Below the pieces are notes generated by a model, which ran no database searches, was not told where the DNA came from, and saw nothing but the letters and a program-made list of their open reading frames with translations. Positions 25,401 through 35,034 of a stretch of DNA of 64,000 bases are shown one piece after another (the stretch's first letter is position 1; the number at the start of each line of letters is the position of its first letter). The stretch comes from Candidatus Campbellbacteria bacterium GW2011_OD1_34_28. Its GTDB lineage: Bacteria; Patescibacteriota; Minisyncoccia; Phycocordibacterales; UBA12079. The translations under genes and the position numbers were made by a program. The stretch spans positions 32,148 through 96,147 of the forward strand of contig CP011215.1 of NCBI GenBank assembly GCA_001029775.1. Direction: 5' to 3'.

Positions 25401-28400
25401 TAGTCCGACGCCAATCCGATCTTCATTTCAATAGAATTATCGTCTGACACATCAAAATTTAATGTAGCAGGAGATGTTGTTGCTGTTACAGTAACATAAG
25501 TAGAAGATGTTGCAGGATCTTTTGTATCCAAACTAAACGATGAAGATGTCACGGTCTGACTATTTGATGAACAGGAAGAAACCAATCTTATCTGCATCGT
25601 TTCATTATATGTTCCGTCGTAGTCAATTTTTGCATCCCAAATAATTTGTTTAGCGGTGCTAGAAGAAACACCAGTTCCATAATCACCAGACAAACTGGTT
25701 GCATCCAGCCAACTTGCACCATCCCAATATTTTAACGAAACACTTGATACAGCAGAGCATCCTTCATAAATAGAATAATCATAACCAACGATTACTTTTC
25801 CTAAAGTTCCCGAATCTGTTGATTGAGAAGATGTCAAATTTGAAATTGCAACAGTCGTCAGATTAAAATCGGCTGTCATAGAGCTCGCTATATTATTGGC
25901 AGCTTCGTTGTCGTTTACGGTCACTCTAATTTTTGCTGTAGTTGTTGAAGTATCCAAACCTATCTGTAACTGAGGATCCCATGTCATCGTATAAGTTGAA
26001 TAGCTGGCCTCATCTACTGCTTTGTTGTCAGTAGATGTAGCATTCATTCCGGCTGTTATGTTACCCCATGTCGAACCACCATCAAGAGAATATTCAAATG
26101 AAGGTGTTAATTCATTTGGACTATTTGTTCCTGTGGTTGAGTCTATGTCTCTAACAGAATAAACAATTTCAACAATTCCATCTGTTCTTTGTACTGCAGT
26201 GGCTTCACTTTGGAAATCAGGAGTTTCGTTCACTACATATTCAAGACCCGCGCTAGTTACCATCGGCACAGCACCGTTATCAGATTCCAATGTTATTTTG
26301 TATTGCATCCATTGATCGGCCGTCATATCGGTAAATTCTGTTGAAACATCCGTAATACTGCAGACAATGTCTGTTCCTGTTTTTACACAACTTCCCACAT
26401 CACTTTGAAAAAAACCTCCATCTACATCATCATCTCCTAAAAAGTTCGACGCTGTGTCTGTGTCAGGGGCAGGTCCGTCTGTAGAGGTAGCAGTTCTCAA
26501 CTGAAACTTGACTGCAGTTCCAGCAGGCAAAGATTCGTTCTCGGACCAATTTATTTTTGAAACAATATTTACGATATCATTACTGTTATACCAGCTTGAA
26601 AGAAGTGTCCCTGTTGTAGTTGTGTAATTTATATAATTAAAAGAAATATCTTGTAGTTGAGGCGTTACAGAAATATCTGTGGTTGAAAAAACAACCTGAT
26701 ATTGAATATATTGATCGGTGTTGTTAACACAACTAGAAGCAGACGCAATATCCGTGATGCCTTTATCACTTCGACTGAAAGCGGGACAACTAGAAATGGC
26801 GGTTTCCCCCGAACAAGAAGCATCGTCGCAAGTTCTAACTTTTATTTGTAAATCTGTATCAGTCAAAATAGAGCCAGATTCATTTTCTGTCCAATCGATT
26901 GTTGTTAAACCTGTGTTAGCTCCCAAATTTTGAATATCTGATGTATATACACCCGAAGATTCATACTCAACCACGATGTTCAGTGAAGAAGTGTTTGCCG
27001 TCGGAGCAGTAGTTCCAGAAATATTACTAGATTTCACATGGATGCGTCCTACACCTCCATCCCCACCATCAACACTTCCACAATCATCACTTGTACCATC
27101 ACCCGCTCCACCAGAAGCCGTAACATGTGAAGCCGTGCCAAGAACTACGGAATTACCTGTCAGATAAATAGATCCTCCCGATCCGCCCCCGTTAGGAGAG
27201 GTGTGCAAAGTCGGACTTGTTCCATTGCTGACAATGTTTCCAACGGAGGAATTTATAGAACCTGCACCAATATACACTATACCACCACCATCTCCACCAG
27301 TATCTCCAAAATTGGCAGCCGTACCTCCTGCGCTTCCAAGATAAAATTTGCTTAAATCTGCAATTCCATAAATAGATCCTCCAACAGCAGGAGCCATCCC
27401 TTGTCCTACAGCTCCATATCCTCCACCTGCACCAGTTGCAATAAAACAAAAAGGATCATCTAAATAATATGCCCCACCTCCTCCAAGATTAGCACTCGTA
27501 GAAACTGCACCTAGTTTACTATATGATTCTCCTTGCACAGCAGTAACAGCAGATCCCCTAAATCCTTTTCCTGTCATATTAATACTTCCGCCACTTCCAA
27601 CTGTTACAGCACCACTCGCCAAAAACGCCAATACTCCACCTTTGGATCCATTCCAATCGCTGGCTGTCAAAACACCTCCCGAAATTGTTAGGTCGGTATA
27701 ACGAGGAACTCTTTGCAACATCACTCTTTGGTTTGTTGTTGCTGTTCCTATGTTGGTATCGTCGGAATCAGTACCGTCTCCATAATATTTTGTTTTGTTG
27801 CTAGCGAAAGTAACTGTATTTGAAGAAACAGACAGTACTTCAAAGATTTCATAATTTCCAACATTTCCATAGTTTGAGGCTGTTCCTTGCAAATTTATTA
27901 ATAAAACAGAATCTCCTGCGGATAAACAGCCAGCGGAAGGAGATGTTGACAAAGTAGCCGTGTTTGAAGAAAGTGCTGTAGCACTATAAGAAACTCCGTC
28001 TCCTCCATCGGCACAACTTCTTCCACTTGCAAGAGTATCAGTATTTATATTTACAGTTCCGCTAGAAATAGTAACGCTACCGTCTGCGTAAGTTCCTTCG
28101 GGAATTTCTTCCAACTCAATGCTTCCTGCGGTTTGAGTTCTGCTTGTACTGCTATCTGTCCCACCAGAAAAATCGGTATCAGTATGAGTGTCTTCTGCTT
28201 TGTCTATTCTATTAAAATTAATTGTTGCAGAAGATAGCGCAGATGTCTGCGATAAATCCGACGATGCACCAAAAGTCACTTTGTATTGAACATATCTATT
28301 TCCATCTGTAACACAAGGATCGCTAGATATATCATTTCCACTTGTAATATTTGAACAGCTTGTCCAATTATTAGCACCAGCCATATCTGTACTAGTTCCT

Positions 28401-29182
28401 GTTCTCACTTTCACAGTAAGAGTCGAGTTGGAAGGAACAGAAGAACTGAAAACTAGTGTTCCAAAATTTGCGTTTCCTAAAGTATCATAAACAGGAGAAG
28501 TATAAGTTCCGGTGCTGTAATAACTTCCGCCATTCAAACTTAGTTGAACAGAACCAGAAGTACCACTTCCACTTGTTCCTGTTTGAGAATTTGTTCCTGC
28601 GTCAAAATCTGTGTCGGTTGTTTGTGTCCATGAAGCTGCAGCAGTTGCAAGAGTAACACCGTCAGAAGAAGTAACAACACCAGTTGATGAATCAAAACTT
28701 GTAACCGTTGGAGTCGGAGAAGAGTGTGTAACATAAGTTCCGGGACTAGCAGAAGCATCCCAATCAGTTTGTGTCCATGAATAAGTGGCGGCATACGCTC
28801 TTGGAGCAGGTCCTAAAGATAAATTTAGTACAGAAACCATTAACAATAGAACCAAAGTAGAAGATAAAATTTGAGGAATAGTTTTTTTAATTTTTTTGAT
28901 ACTAAAAATATCTTTCAAAAACAAAAAAACAACATCTCTCATGCGAGGACTCTCATCTTTTATATATACAGCTCTGCTAGCTTCTTCTTTTACAAGTTCT
29001 AAAAAAGATTTTTCAACATACATTTTTCCTTTTACAGTTTTTGTATTTATTTCTTTGTCATAACAAAAACTGACTATGTATTCTTTTTTATAGCCTGTTA
29101 AATCTGAAGCCCTTTCCAGAGAAATATACTTTTGTACTTTTGATACAATTTCTTTATGCTTCATCACACTAAATGATAACAT
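22496..29182 (-). CDS. Giant surface protein 3 (2228 aa). N-terminal HTH-like segment plus TM anchor, Gly-rich beta-helix-like region, multiple fibronectin type III domains.
   Basis: N-terminus YISLERASDLTGYKKEYIVSFCYDKEINTKTVKGKMYV, then TM IPQILSSTLVLLLMVSVLNLSLG. Gly-rich segments (GGGGAYY, GGDGGGIVYIGAGS, GGGSGGSIYLTGNS). At least five FN3-like units (for example PPTISNVSVGSVTTQSAVVTWDTDE..., SPTITTGPDSSSISDTTAIIQWTTDE..., APGFSDIEILNITDTSAKIRWKTDE...). Confidence 0.8.
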   Translation of the reverse strand: MLSFSVMKHKEIVSKVQKYISLERASDLTGYKKEYIVSFCYDKEINTKTVKGKMYVEKSFLELVKEEASRAVYIKDESPRMRDVVFLFLKDIFSIKKIKKTIPQILSSTLVLLLMVSVLNLSLGPAPRAYAATYSWTQTDWDASASPGTYVTHSSPTPTVTSFDSSTGVVTSSDGVTLATAAASWTQTTDTDFDAGTNSQTGTSGSGTSGSVQLSLNGGSYYSTGTYTSPVYDTLGNANFGTLVFSSSVPSNSTLTVKVRTGTSTDMAGANNWTSCSNITSGNDISSDPCVTDGNRYVQYKVTFGASSDLSQTSALSSATINFNRIDKAEDTHTDTDFSGGTDSSTSRTQTAGSIELEEIPEGTYADGSVTISSGTVNINTDTLASGRSCADGGDGVSYSATALSSNTATLSTSPSAGCLSAGDSVLLINLQGTASNYGNVGNYEIFEVLSVSSNTVTFASNKTKYYGDGTDSDDTNIGTATTNQRVMLQRVPRYTDLTISGGVLTASDWNGSKGGVLAFLASGAVTVGSGGSINMTGKGFRGSAVTAVQGESYSKLGAVSTSANLGGGGAYYLDDPFCFIATGAGGGYGAVGQGMAPAVGGSIYGIADLSKFYLGSAGGTAANFGDTGGDGGGIVYIGAGSINSSVGNIVSNGTSPTLHTSPNGGGSGGSIYLTGNSVVLGTASHVTASGGAGDGTSDDCGSVDGGDGGVGRIHVKSSNISGTTAPTANTSSLNIVVEYESSGVYTSDIQNLGANTGLTTIDWTENESGSILTDTDLQIKVRTCDDASCSGETAISSCPAFSRSDKGITDIASASSCVNNTDQYIQYQVVFSTTDISVTPQLQDISFNYINYTTTTGTLLSSWYNSNDIVNIVSKINWSENESLPAGTAVKFQLRTATSTDGPAPDTDTASNFLGDDDVDGGFFQSDVGSCVKTGTDIVCSITDVSTEFTDMTADQWMQYKITLESDNGAVPMVTSAGLEYVVNETPDFQSEATAVQRTDGIVEIVYSVRDIDSTTGTNSPNELTPSFEYSLDGGSTWGNITAGMNATSTDNKAVDEASYSTYTMTWDPQLQIGLDTSTTTAKIRVTVNDNEAANNIASSMTADFNLTTVAISNLTSSQSTDSGTLGKVIVGYDYSIYEGCSAVSSVSLKYWDGASWLDATSLSGDYGTGVSSSTAKQIIWDAKIDYDGTYNETMQIRLVSSCSSNSQTVTSSSFSLDTKDPATSSTYVTVTATTSPATLNFDVSDDNSIEMKIGLASDYSDGAWEAYQSSSTITLETDPDIAYVQFRDALGNTVSASVETMETALNLQAYDVANYVTGSYYMFLAWKPATTNITNFRRYNIWSSTNGTDYSLLDRVNVRTTNYYVHSGIATSTTYYYKISTEDTYGTSSYYSSEVSELADGQGGGDNVPPTISNVSVGSVTTQSAVVTWDTDEVSRSTVGYSTIPYQFSGEVGVSTMADSESGIGQHQIFLTGLTPDTTYYFQAMSSDLSGNSDTDDNDGPGYTFTTNPGAVISDVLVSHVDNNMVTIVWNTDILADTAVVYSLNPDLSVSSEFQGSVNLTTAHSADITGLDQATTYYFYVKSVDAEGNIALDNFSGDYYSFTTNNDTTSPTITTGPDSSSISDTTAIIQWTTDEDANARVYFGPESGNDISDYATSTSLAVNYNRDHTVALINLATSTKYYYRVYSSDANGNSVVSDEADFTTLEELSLESEVLARELAARQGAAVSRRQSDADVTAPGFSDIEILNITDTSAKIRWKTDESANGFVEYGLTNSYGTTIGSLSMGNIHEVNLNYLLPEKTYFFKVAGNDSFGNVYRSPEKSFETISFVDQLEKNNEGDDSLSKTMTAEELDELFVSTVRQAMGLALKISSQVSLGTLETTVSEQFTNLEYLSTRISAPLMSGEPKVVTTAKTATISWRTDKPAGSFVAIAQEKDFKGTNSDEMGYVQVIGGNSTSTTDHTVMIYDLEPETNYHYQVRSKASVGTIGYSPDFTFKTRSEELEISSYTIKKNSNESVVFQWVTNVEADGTVRYTPYRNNTLSIEETTTISDKRNSFIHEIELDNLEAGVFYDVELTSKGVDGSITSKKIPTFSTSEDDLPPLIYSVKTDSAISTGKESKIQSIITWLTNEPSTSQVYYQKGIIGMDKPLANMTKLDSTYTKKHVVVITSFDLGTVYSFRVESTDSGGNVSLSKVYTILTPRHRESVFQVIMSNVEDIFGWVGDIRGR

Positions 29183-29248
29183 GGATTTGTCAAAAACACT
29201 GTGGAAAATTAAACAAAAAATCTAAAAAATTATAGAAATTTTTGCATT

Positions 29249-29875
29249 CTAAAATTTTTTTATCTTTTTAAAATACCAAATCAAAATAATAGCCGTAATA
29301 AGAAAAATAGAGACAAAACTAGTCAAAAATACATTGTCAAACAAGACAATTTTGTAACCATAAGCAAAAATAAATGAAAAAGGGATAATTCCTATAAAAG
29401 AAGCCAGTAAATATTTTCCCATCTTCATATTTGTCAAAAGACCAATTAAATAACTTATTACATCCACAGGGATAACCATTCTCAAGAAAACAACCCACCA
29501 AAAACCGATATCCTCTGGCAAATACTTGTGATATTTAACAACATCTTTTTCTGAAATAAATTTCATCAAAATTGGTCTCCCAAAACCTCGTGCAATCCAA
29601 AAAGCAATTGCTGAACCAATAAACCATCCAATGATAGAGTAAATAGCTGTTTCAAATTGACCCAACAAAACACCCACGGCTGGAACAATCGGCAAGATAA
29701 CCAACGGTTCAAATACAGTAGAAAGCACCATCAAAAAAATAAAAACAAAAATACTTAAGATTGAATTGTCTACTACAAATTTACTAAAATAATCCATAGG
29801 AGCCTGCCAGAAAAAAAACACTATTGTAAGAACAACAAACAAGACAATAAAAATGTTTTTTAATAATTTTATCAT
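29249..29875 (-). CDS. DedA / TVP38 / SNARE-associated family membrane protein
   Basis: 208 aa. Polytopic, with LPIVPAVGVLLG and ARGFGRPIL, typical DedA motifs. Confidence 0.65.
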   Translation of the reverse strand: MIKLLKNIFIVLFVVLTIVFFFWQAPMDYFSKFVVDNSILSIFVFIFLMVLSTVFEPLVILPIVPAVGVLLGQFETAIYSIIGWFIGSAIAFWIARGFGRPILMKFISEKDVVKYHKYLPEDIGFWWVVFLRMVIPVDVISYLIGLLTNMKMGKYLLASFIGIIPFSFIFAYGYKIVLFDNVFLTSFVSIFLITAIILIWYFKKIKKF

Positions 29876-29890
29876 TTGTATGTAACAAAT

Positions 29891-30898
29891 TTAAACTGTT
29901 ACCAAATTTATAGGATCGTTTTTTTCAAATGCTTTTATATTTTCAACAGTTACTGAAAAAATTCTTTCTATGGCTTCTTGTGTGTTGAAAGCATTATGTG
30001 GAGTAATAATAACCTGTGGGTGATCGATCAAATATTGATTTTCCAAAACAGTTTTCAAAGTATCGGGATTAGGGTGTTCTTGAGTGAGTAAACTAACTTC
30101 ATCATTCATCAAACTTTCTTCTTCTAATACATCCAATCCTGCGCCAGACAAAATACCCTTTTCAAGTGCCTCAACTACCGCGTCTGTCTCAACCACTTCC
30201 CCTCTAGATGTGTTTATCAAAATTGCGCCTTTCTTTATTTTCGAAATATTTTCTTTATTGATCAAATGTCTTGTGTGAGGATTCAGAGGAACATGCAAAG
30301 AAATAATATCTGATTCGGACAACAAATCGTCAAAATCTGCATATTCAAAATTTAATTCTTTTGCAAAATCCTCGTCTCTTTTAATATCAAAAGCGATTAC
30401 TTTCATTCCAAATCCATTTGCCATTCTGATAGAGTGCTTTCCAATATTTCCAACACCAACGATACCCATTGTCTTGCCCGCCAAATCAGAACCTCTTAAG
30501 CCTTCTTGAGAGAAACTTCCTTGCTCAACTATTCTATTATAAGCGGGATATATTTTTCTTGTTAGCGACAAAAGTAATGCAAAAGAAAATTCTGCAACAG
30601 TATTTTCTCCGTATGTTGGCACATTTGAAACTTTTATATTTCTTTTCTTTGCTTCTTCCAAATCGATATGGTCATATCCGGTTGAACGAGTAACAATAGA
30701 TTTTAAATTTGGAAAACGATTCATTTCATCAATTCCCACAGGAGAATTTACGAAAACAACCAACATTTCTGCTTGATCGTCTTTATATGCGACATTGTCT
30801 TGAGTTGTTCCTTTCAAAAAAACTATCTCATTTCCTGACAATCTTTCTGAAAAATAATCTTTTTCTTTTCCCTCTTCGTAAAAATATACGATTTTCAT
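29891..30898 (-). CDS. D-isomer-specific 2-hydroxyacid dehydrogenase (D-lactate / phosphoglycerate dehydrogenase family)
   Basis: 335 aa. NAD-binding GKTMGIVGVGNIGK, a catalytic R/E/H arrangement, and HVPLNPHTRHLIN. Confidence 0.8.
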   Translation of the reverse strand: MKIVYFYEEGKEKDYFSERLSGNEIVFLKGTTQDNVAYKDDQAEMLVVFVNSPVGIDEMNRFPNLKSIVTRSTGYDHIDLEEAKKRNIKVSNVPTYGENTVAEFSFALLLSLTRKIYPAYNRIVEQGSFSQEGLRGSDLAGKTMGIVGVGNIGKHSIRMANGFGMKVIAFDIKRDEDFAKELNFEYADFDDLLSESDIISLHVPLNPHTRHLINKENISKIKKGAILINTSRGEVVETDAVVEALEKGILSGAGLDVLEEESLMNDEVSLLTQEHPNPDTLKTVLENQYLIDHPQVIITPHNAFNTQEAIERIFSVTVENIKAFEKNDPINLVTV

Positions 30899-30946
30899 AA
30901 TTTATCTTTTAAATTTAACTACTATGTTTTTAGTATAACATTTTTA

Positions 30947-30990
30947 TAAAAAATTGCCGTACAGGTGTGCACACCTGTACGGCAATTTAA
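30947..30990 (-). terminator. Rho-independent terminator (GC-rich perfect palindrome)
   Basis: attgccgtacaggtgtgc/gcacacctgtacggcaat followed by a T-run on the minus strand. Downstream of the 86-aa Cys-rich gene. Confidence 0.65.
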
Positions 30991-30993
30991 AAC

Positions 30994-31254
30994 CTAACGA
31001 CGGCCAAATCTTCCGACCGCAGTCTTTGATGTAGTAGGGCGCTGACGATCGACCAAGCCGTGGATCTCGTTTTTGTAGAAATCACATTTACGACAACCGG
31101 CCTTTTTTTCGTTATAACTTCCCTGAACATCTCCATGACACAAGGTTCCTCTGACGGAAAAACAAATCCTTCCATTATTGGGATATGCGGGGCACTTGTC
31201 TTTGGCCTGGCACCCTTTCCCGTGTTCCCAGCAATTCATTTCTTTTGTTGCCAT
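30994..31254 (-). CDS. Small cysteine-rich protein (7 Cys, basic C-tail), probable metal-binding protein, no family assigned
   Basis: 86 aa, MATKEMNCWEHGKGCQAKDKCPAYPNNGRICFSVRGTLCHGDVQGSYNEKKAGCRKCDFYKNE.... Local GC is clearly higher than in the neighbours. Has its own terminator. Confidence 0.5.
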   Translation of the reverse strand: MATKEMNCWEHGKGCQAKDKCPAYPNNGRICFSVRGTLCHGDVQGSYNEKKAGCRKCDFYKNEIHGLVDRQRPTTSKTAVGRFGRR

Positions 31255-31348
31255 ATTTCTCTTTCTCCCCTTTTAAAAGTAGTTTAGTATCCAACGATAC
31301 CGAAAAACATCCATCTCAAAAGGTACACCACAAAAACAAAAACGTCAA

Positions 31349-32536
31349 TTAAATCTCTTTTGAGATTTGTTGCAGTCTTTGATATTTTACCAATCTTTCT
31401 TGCTGTCTAGGAGACCCTGCTTTTATTCCATAGGCTCCAATACCTACTGCTAAATCAGCAATAAAATCGTCCATTGTTTCTCCTGAACGGTGTGAACAAA
31501 TTATTTTCCATCCCGCTCCGCGTGCAATTTTCACTGCACTATAAACCTCGCTTAATGTTCCAATTTGATTCGGTTTTATTATCACAGCATTCGCTCGTCT
31601 ATTTCTGGCAGAATCCAAAATCTGTTTTGCGTTCGTCGTCGTCAAATCGTCCCCCACAATTATCAAATCTTCGTCTCCCGATTTCAATTTCCAATCACGA
31701 GATTCTTTTACCATATCTGAAAAAGCAGAAAAATCTGATTCTTCAAAGGGATCCTCTATGCTGAAAAGTGGAAAATTCTCAACTAAATCTTTATAAATTT
31801 TTTGTAATTCATTTGATGTATATTCTTTTTCAAAAAGTTTATACCGTCCATCTTTGTAAAGCTCTGAACCAGCAACATCAATAGCGATTTTCATATCTGA
31901 ATCCATCAAACTATAAATCAACTCAAAAGGTTCTTCCACACGACTCATCTGTGGAGAAAAACCTCCTTCATCCCCTATTTTTACTTCGCCATATTTTTCT
32001 TTTACCACCTCGCCCAATTTATCCAAAAAAGTAACGGCGTTGTCATACGAGTTACAATCTGTGACAATCATAGATTCTTGAAAAGGAATCCTGAAATCGG
32101 CGTGAGCTCCGCCATTTATCACATTCATAAACAATTTTGGCAAAGCGGGATTCGTATCTACACCAGAAATTTCATTTATATATTTCCAAAGAGGTTTGTT
32201 TTCTAATTTTGATGCCAATCTGGTAACAGCCAAACTTACTCCGAGAGTTGTATTCCCACCCAATTTTGATTTGTCTTCTGTTCCGTCTAATTCAATCAAA
32301 ATTTTATCAACTCCTTGTGGGTCTATTTCCAAGTTTAAAATAGCAGGAGCAATAATTTCTTCAATATTTTTTATAACTGTTTCAATAGGAACATTTTTTG
32401 CTTCACGAGAACCAGCACTTTTTCCAGAAGGAACAGACGCTGTGACACAAATATTTTCAGAACAAACCTCTACTTCAATGGTGGGTTCTCCACGAGAATC
32501 TTTTATTTCTTTTGATTTTATTGATGTTATTTTCAT
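31349..32536 (-). CDS. eno: Enolase (phosphopyruvate hydratase)
   Basis: 395 aa. SVPSGKSAGSREA, the metal ligands SIEDPFEE and IVGDDL, IKPNQIGTLSE, and SHRSGETMDDFIADLAV. Confidence 0.88.
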   Translation of the reverse strand: MKITSIKSKEIKDSRGEPTIEVEVCSENICVTASVPSGKSAGSREAKNVPIETVIKNIEEIIAPAILNLEIDPQGVDKILIELDGTEDKSKLGGNTTLGVSLAVTRLASKLENKPLWKYINEISGVDTNPALPKLFMNVINGGAHADFRIPFQESMIVTDCNSYDNAVTFLDKLGEVVKEKYGEVKIGDEGGFSPQMSRVEEPFELIYSLMDSDMKIAIDVAGSELYKDGRYKLFEKEYTSNELQKIYKDLVENFPLFSIEDPFEESDFSAFSDMVKESRDWKLKSGDEDLIIVGDDLTTTNAKQILDSARNRRANAVIIKPNQIGTLSEVYSAVKIARGAGWKIICSHRSGETMDDFIADLAVGIGAYGIKAGSPRQQERLVKYQRLQQISKEI

Positions 32537-32569
32537 ATGTAAATAAAATTATATCACAAAGAATTAAAC

Positions 32570-32600
32570 AAAAAGTAGGACGTCCGACGTCCTACTTTTT
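32570..32600. terminator. Bidirectional rho-independent terminator
   Basis: aaaaagtaggacg-tccg-acgtcctacttttt, a perfect palindrome. Confidence 0.65.
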
Positions 32601-32602
32601 GT

Positions 32603-34981
32603 TTATTTTTTATTCTTTTCTGTTTTGTTTACATTGATAGTTGTTTTAATCACAGTATCTGGAATTACCGAGATAGAATCGATTTCACAATCCACCAAGA
32701 ATTTTACGAACTCTGGAAAATCGCTTGGCGCCTGTCCACAAATTCCAACTTTGGTTTTTGTTTTCTTTGCTTTCTCAATCAAATCTTTAATCAAAATTTT
32801 AACAGCTTCGTTGTTTTCATTTGAAACTCCGGCCACATCCAATGTTCCTGTCGAGTCTCTGTCAATTCCCAAAGTCAGCTGAGTCAAATCGTTTGAGCCA
32901 ATTGAAAATCCGTCAAAAATCTTTGCAAATTGTTCTGCCAAAATAATATTTGAAGGAATCTCTGCCATAACATAAATTTCTAATCCGTTTGTTCCTCGTT
33001 TCAATCCATACTTTGCCATAATTTCTTGAACTTTTTTACCTTCTTCAACTGTTCTACAGAAAGGCACCATAATTTTTGTATTAGTTAATCCCATTTCATT
33101 ACGAACTTTTACAAGAGCCATACATTCCAATTCAAAAGCTGGCAAAAATTCTGGAGAATAATAACGAGATGCTCCTCTGTACCCAATCATCGGATTTGAT
33201 TCCACAGGCTCGTAAGAGTGTCCTCCAATCAAGTTTGCATATTCGTTGCTCTTGAAATCAGAAAGTCTGACAATCACTGGTTTTGGATAAAAAGCAGCAG
33301 AAATTCGGGCAACACCTTCGGCAAGCTTATCAACAAAAAATTGTTTTTTGTCTTTATAACCAATAGTGAAAGCTTCAATTTCTTTTTTAGTTTTGGCATC
33401 TTGTTTGCTGAAATTTATCAATGCCAAAGGGTGAGCTTTGATAGTATTGTTGATAATAAATTCAAGTCTAGCCAATCCTACTCCGTCATTTGGAATAAAT
33501 GAACTTGAAAAAGCCAACTCTGGTTCCCCAAGATTCAACATTATTTTTGTCTTTGGTCTTTCAAGATTTCCAATATCAGTTTTTATAACTTCGTATTTCA
33601 ATTCTCCTTTGTGAACTTTTCCTGTTTCTCCGTCCGAGCAATTCACAGTCACTTTTTGTCCCGATTTCAAAAGGCCTGACCCTGTTTCTGTTCCAACAAC
33701 ACAAGGAATGCCCAACTCTCTTGAAACAATCGCTGCGTGACAAGTACGCCCTCCTTTGTCCGTAATAATTGCAGAAGCAATCTTCATGATTGGTTCCCAA
33801 TCTGGATCAGTCATGGTAGTTACCAAAACCTGTCCTTTTTTGAATTTGGTAATATCTTTGACATTCATAATCTTGTTAACGACACCGGCACCTATCTTTT
33901 GTCCAATACTTTGTCCTGTGATTATTACATCGCCTTTTTCTCTCAATTTATATTCTTCAATAGTATTTTTATTTTTCTGACTCTGAACAGTCTCAGGACG
34001 AGCTTGTACGATGTAAAGTTTTTTGTCTCTACCATCCAATGCCCATTCCATATCCATCGGACGATTGTAGTGCTTTTCAATAGTGATTGCCCATTCAGCC
34101 AACTGCTTTACTTGTTCGTCAGTAATAGATTGTTTTGCTTGATCAGCAGAACTGACAGCGATATTTTTAACTGGGTTTTTTAGGTCAGATGTATAAACCA
34201 TTTTTACATCTTTTTTGTTTATTGTTTTTGAGATTATGGATTTTGTTGGTTTGAAATAATAAAACTCGTCTGGAGTTACTCTACCCTGCACAATATTTTC
34301 TCCCAAACCGTAAATAGAACTTATCAAGACAGTGTTTTCAAAACCTGATTCTGTATCAATAGAAAACATAACACCCGAGCTCGCCAAATCAGAACGAACC
34401 ATTTTTTGGATACCCACGGAAAGAGAAATACTGAAGTGGTCAAAGCCTTTATCGGCCCTGTAAGAAATTGCTCTGTTTGTAAACAATGACGCGATACATT
34501 TTTTAACTGCAATCAACAATTCTTTTTCTCCCTTAATATTTAAATATGTTTCTTGTTGTCCTGCAAAAGAAGCGTCTGGCAAATCTTCTGCTGTGGCAGA
34601 AGAACGAACAGCCACATCCACATTGGCTGTACCATACAGCTTGGACAATTCTTTATAAGCCGAAACAACATCTCTTTTCAAATCTTCTGGGAATTCTGCT
34701 TTTAAAATTACTTTTCTCACCTTTTCTCCTCTGGTCATAAGATTTCTTATATCGTGAGTATTCAAATCTTTCAAAATCTTTTTTATCTCATCCATCGTTC
34801 CGCTTTCTTTCATAAATTTTACATAAGCTTCCGCAGTCGTAGCAAAACCATTTGGGATATTTACTCCTTTACTAGTAAGCTTTTGATACATCTCTCCAAG
34901 AGACGCATTTTTTCCCCCAACCAAAGGAACATCTTTATTGGTCAAATTTTTAAACCAAATTACACTTTTTTCTGTCTCCAT
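32603..34981 (-). CDS. ppsA: Phosphoenolpyruvate synthase (pyruvate, water dikinase)
   Basis: 792 aa. Domain order is N-terminal ATP-grasp, then the phosphohistidine domain (GGRTCHAAIVSRELGIPCVVG), then a PEP-utilizing C-terminal TIM barrel. Confidence 0.85.
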   Translation of the reverse strand: METEKSVIWFKNLTNKDVPLVGGKNASLGEMYQKLTSKGVNIPNGFATTAEAYVKFMKESGTMDEIKKILKDLNTHDIRNLMTRGEKVRKVILKAEFPEDLKRDVVSAYKELSKLYGTANVDVAVRSSATAEDLPDASFAGQQETYLNIKGEKELLIAVKKCIASLFTNRAISYRADKGFDHFSISLSVGIQKMVRSDLASSGVMFSIDTESGFENTVLISSIYGLGENIVQGRVTPDEFYYFKPTKSIISKTINKKDVKMVYTSDLKNPVKNIAVSSADQAKQSITDEQVKQLAEWAITIEKHYNRPMDMEWALDGRDKKLYIVQARPETVQSQKNKNTIEEYKLREKGDVIITGQSIGQKIGAGVVNKIMNVKDITKFKKGQVLVTTMTDPDWEPIMKIASAIITDKGGRTCHAAIVSRELGIPCVVGTETGSGLLKSGQKVTVNCSDGETGKVHKGELKYEVIKTDIGNLERPKTKIMLNLGEPELAFSSSFIPNDGVGLARLEFIINNTIKAHPLALINFSKQDAKTKKEIEAFTIGYKDKKQFFVDKLAEGVARISAAFYPKPVIVRLSDFKSNEYANLIGGHSYEPVESNPMIGYRGASRYYSPEFLPAFELECMALVKVRNEMGLTNTKIMVPFCRTVEEGKKVQEIMAKYGLKRGTNGLEIYVMAEIPSNIILAEQFAKIFDGFSIGSNDLTQLTLGIDRDSTGTLDVAGVSNENNEAVKILIKDLIEKAKKTKTKVGICGQAPSDFPEFVKFLVDCEIDSISVIPDTVIKTTINVNKTEKNKK

Positions 34982-35034
34982 ATTTCTCTAAATTTTTAAT
35001 GTTTTTAATGTTTCTTTATTCTAGCACAAAGAAA

